NCBI GenBank assembly: GCA_015494465.1
Contig: WGBD01000007.1
Coordinates: forward strand, 67,009 to 131,008
Direction of reading: 5' to 3'
DNA from: Candidatus Omnitrophota bacterium
Lineage (GTDB): Bacteria; Omnitrophota; Gorgyraeia; S143-82
Length of the DNA stretch: 64,000 bases
Below are positions 62,608-64,000 of the stretch, piece after piece. The stretch's first letter is position 1; the number at the start of each line of letters is the position of its first letter. Position numbers and translations under genes: made by a program. The notes below the pieces were generated by a model. The model was not told the origin of the DNA and ran no database searches. It saw nothing but the letters and a program-made list of their open reading frames with translations.

Positions 62608-63312
62608 TCACCTCAACACCGCTATGTAGGCCGCTGCCAACAAGGCAAACACCAGCGCCTGCACCGCACCTACGAATACATCAAAGAAACCCTTAAGGAC
62701 AGGCATTATCAACAGGAGAAACGGCACCCCCCATCCCCCCAGCAGTTTCAACACGATAAAGGGGATAAGGGCAACGACGATCCCGCCCGCGTATATGTTC
62801 CCGAACAAACGGAAGGAGTGGGAAAGCAACTTCCCGAACTCCGATATCACATTCAGGGGCAGGAAAAAGGGAAACGGCTCCAGATACATCTTCAAATATC
62901 CCAACAGGCCTTTTTCCCTAATCGCCGAGCCGTGGGCCACGAAAAAGGCCAACAAGCCAAGCCCCAGGCAGGTGTTTAGATCCGCAGTCGGAGAGGCAAG
63001 CCCCGGGATCAGGGAGAGCCAATTGGAGATAAGGACGAATACAAACAGCGTAACGATGTAAGGGACGAACTTCTCCCCACCCTTGCCAATCGTATCCACT
63101 GCAAGCCCCCTCAACGATTCGTAAAGTATCTCGACGAAGGCCTGAAATCTGGATGGGATCTTCCGCAGGCGATAACTTACCACCGAGGCAACGATCAGAA
63201 GGAATAGACAAATGACCCAAGTGGTGATTATAGTAACGGGATTGATCTCCAGGGTAACATCCAATCCCGGGATGAGCAAAGGTATGGTCTTTATAGCACC
63301 GAATTCCCCCAT
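62608..63312 (-). CDS. atpB: ATP synthase Fo a subunit
   Basis: P...Q...E, PT.DLN, S.SFRLFGN, FD.F.G.VQA.VF..L...YI. Confidence 0.95.
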   Translation of the reverse strand: MGEFGAIKTIPLLIPGLDVTLEINPVTIITTWVICLFLLIVASVVSYRLRKIPSRFQAFVEILYESLRGLAVDTIGKGGEKFVPYIVTLFVFVLISNWLSLIPGLASPTADLNTCLGLGLLAFFVAHGSAIREKGLLGYLKMYLEPFPFFLPLNVISEFGKLLSHSFRLFGNIYAGGIVVALIPFIVLKLLGGWGVPFLLLIMPVLKGFFDVFVGAVQALVFALLAAAYIAVLR

Positions 63313-63349
63313 GCGCCCCTTCTTTCACAACCAAAATGGGTCAGGAAAA

Positions 63350-63378
63350 ATTATAACTAAAAATCTCCCTTTATGCCA
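63350..63378 (-). promoter_or_regulatory. Possible internal promoter upstream of atpB
   Basis: Minus strand TGGCAT-17 nt-TATAAT spanning the atpI stop. Confidence 0.4.
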
Positions 63379-63749
63379 TACATAAATATCCCAATCCTCA
63401 CTACCAGAAGACCAAATCCCGCCGAAAGCAGGTGGGCTATACCGTAGTGACCTACCCAAAAGAGAAATAAACCCATCAAGAAAAGGCGTCCCCCATAGCC
63501 AAGAACAACCGACAAGATGACCGCATTAGAATGTAGCCGTTTTACCATCCAATCCAACTGTATCCTAAGGAGAAGAAAGTTGAGGACGGAAACCAAGGCC
63601 CCTGCTAGATAAGAAAAGGCCACTGCCTTTCCCAGCAACCAGGCCATGAGAAAAGAGACCACAGAGGCAAAGGCACCAGTAAACTTCAAGACCTCTACGA
63701 TGGCCTTATTTACTTCTGCGCTCGGTTGCCTGGATGAGCTGATAGACAC
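63357..63749 (-). CDS. atpI: ATP synthase subunit I
   Basis: 4 TM, G.LVS.LNF, R; position upstream of atpB. Confidence 0.8.
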   Translation of the reverse strand: MSISSSRQPSAEVNKAIVEVLKFTGAFASVVSFLMAWLLGKAVAFSYLAGALVSVLNFLLLRIQLDWMVKRLHSNAVILSVVLGYGGRLFLMGLFLFWVGHYGIAHLLSAGFGLLVVRIGIFMYGIKGDF

Positions 63750-63942
63750 TCAGGAATCCTCCTCCTATGCCCGCAATTATCCCCAGCAAAGTAAAGACGA
63801 ACCCCGTACCCAGCCATTGATCTAATTTATAACCCAAGAATAGTCCAACCAAAAGGGTGATAACGAACTGGAAACCAACCTGCGACACGAGAGAAAAGAA
63901 TCTGAAAACGGAAGATAAATCCTTATTATCTGATGAGGACAT
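63706..63942 (-). CDS. atpZ: AtpZ/AtpI family protein
   Basis: G...G..LD.WLGT...FT..G...G..GG; first gene of the atp operon. Confidence 0.85.
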   Translation of the reverse strand: MSSSDNKDLSSVFRFFSLVSQVGFQFVITLLVGLFLGYKLDQWLGTGFVFTLLGIIAGIGGGFLSVYQLIQATERRSK

Positions 63943-64000
63943 CTAGACGATTATCCCTAACCCTAACGACACCCCTTTGCACGGGGATAACCTCTTGCTT

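Noticed and set aside
63955-63992. TTAGGG x2 as telomere-like, and the GCAAA hairpin as a c-di-GMP riboswitch
   Set aside because: Two copies can arise by chance; the other riboswitch elements are not visible

Overview
A 64 kb stretch of compact bacterial chromosome with 70 complete CDSs and one partial CDS, all on the minus strand and mostly overlapping or abutting. The pilin and secretin style suggests an Omnitrophota-like diderm, and the Thermotoga-like bioenergetic genes suggest a thermophile; both are inference only. In transcription order (right to left): (1) a Na+-type F1Fo ATP synthase operon atpZ-I-B-E-F-H-A-G-D with no atpC, running into a DUF4139 gene and a glycogen synthase with a basic N-terminal tail; (2) a 13-gene chemosensory cluster (small protein, 2 HDOD, CheW, sensorless MCP, CheB, HEAT, CheR, 2 CheY, P2-less CheA, PilZ, CheC-FliN fusion) followed by a lipoprotein, TatD and a TcdA-like gene, with no flagellar structural genes in the window; (3) a 12-gene Mbx/Mbs-like (membrane-bound sulfane-sulfur reductase type) complex lacking the MbxN subunit; (4) rpmE, xerC, TauE and a GT2 fusion; (5) housekeeping genes (PIN-TRAM, ispD, UDG, MsbA-like, 5-formyl-THF cyclo-ligase, rny, ymdB, xseAB, dxs); (6) a type IV pilin followed by an exopolysaccharide/exosortase/PrsK-PrsR locus, hisI, a PilP-like gene and a secretin; (7) rng-argC-argJ. 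I saw no rRNA, tRNA, CRISPR array or mobile element. The best leads are the divergent Mbs-like complex paired with the Na+ ATP synthase, and the apparently non-flagellar chemosensory system, which may be linked to pili or EPS. All family calls are by-eye motif recognition; no database search was run.
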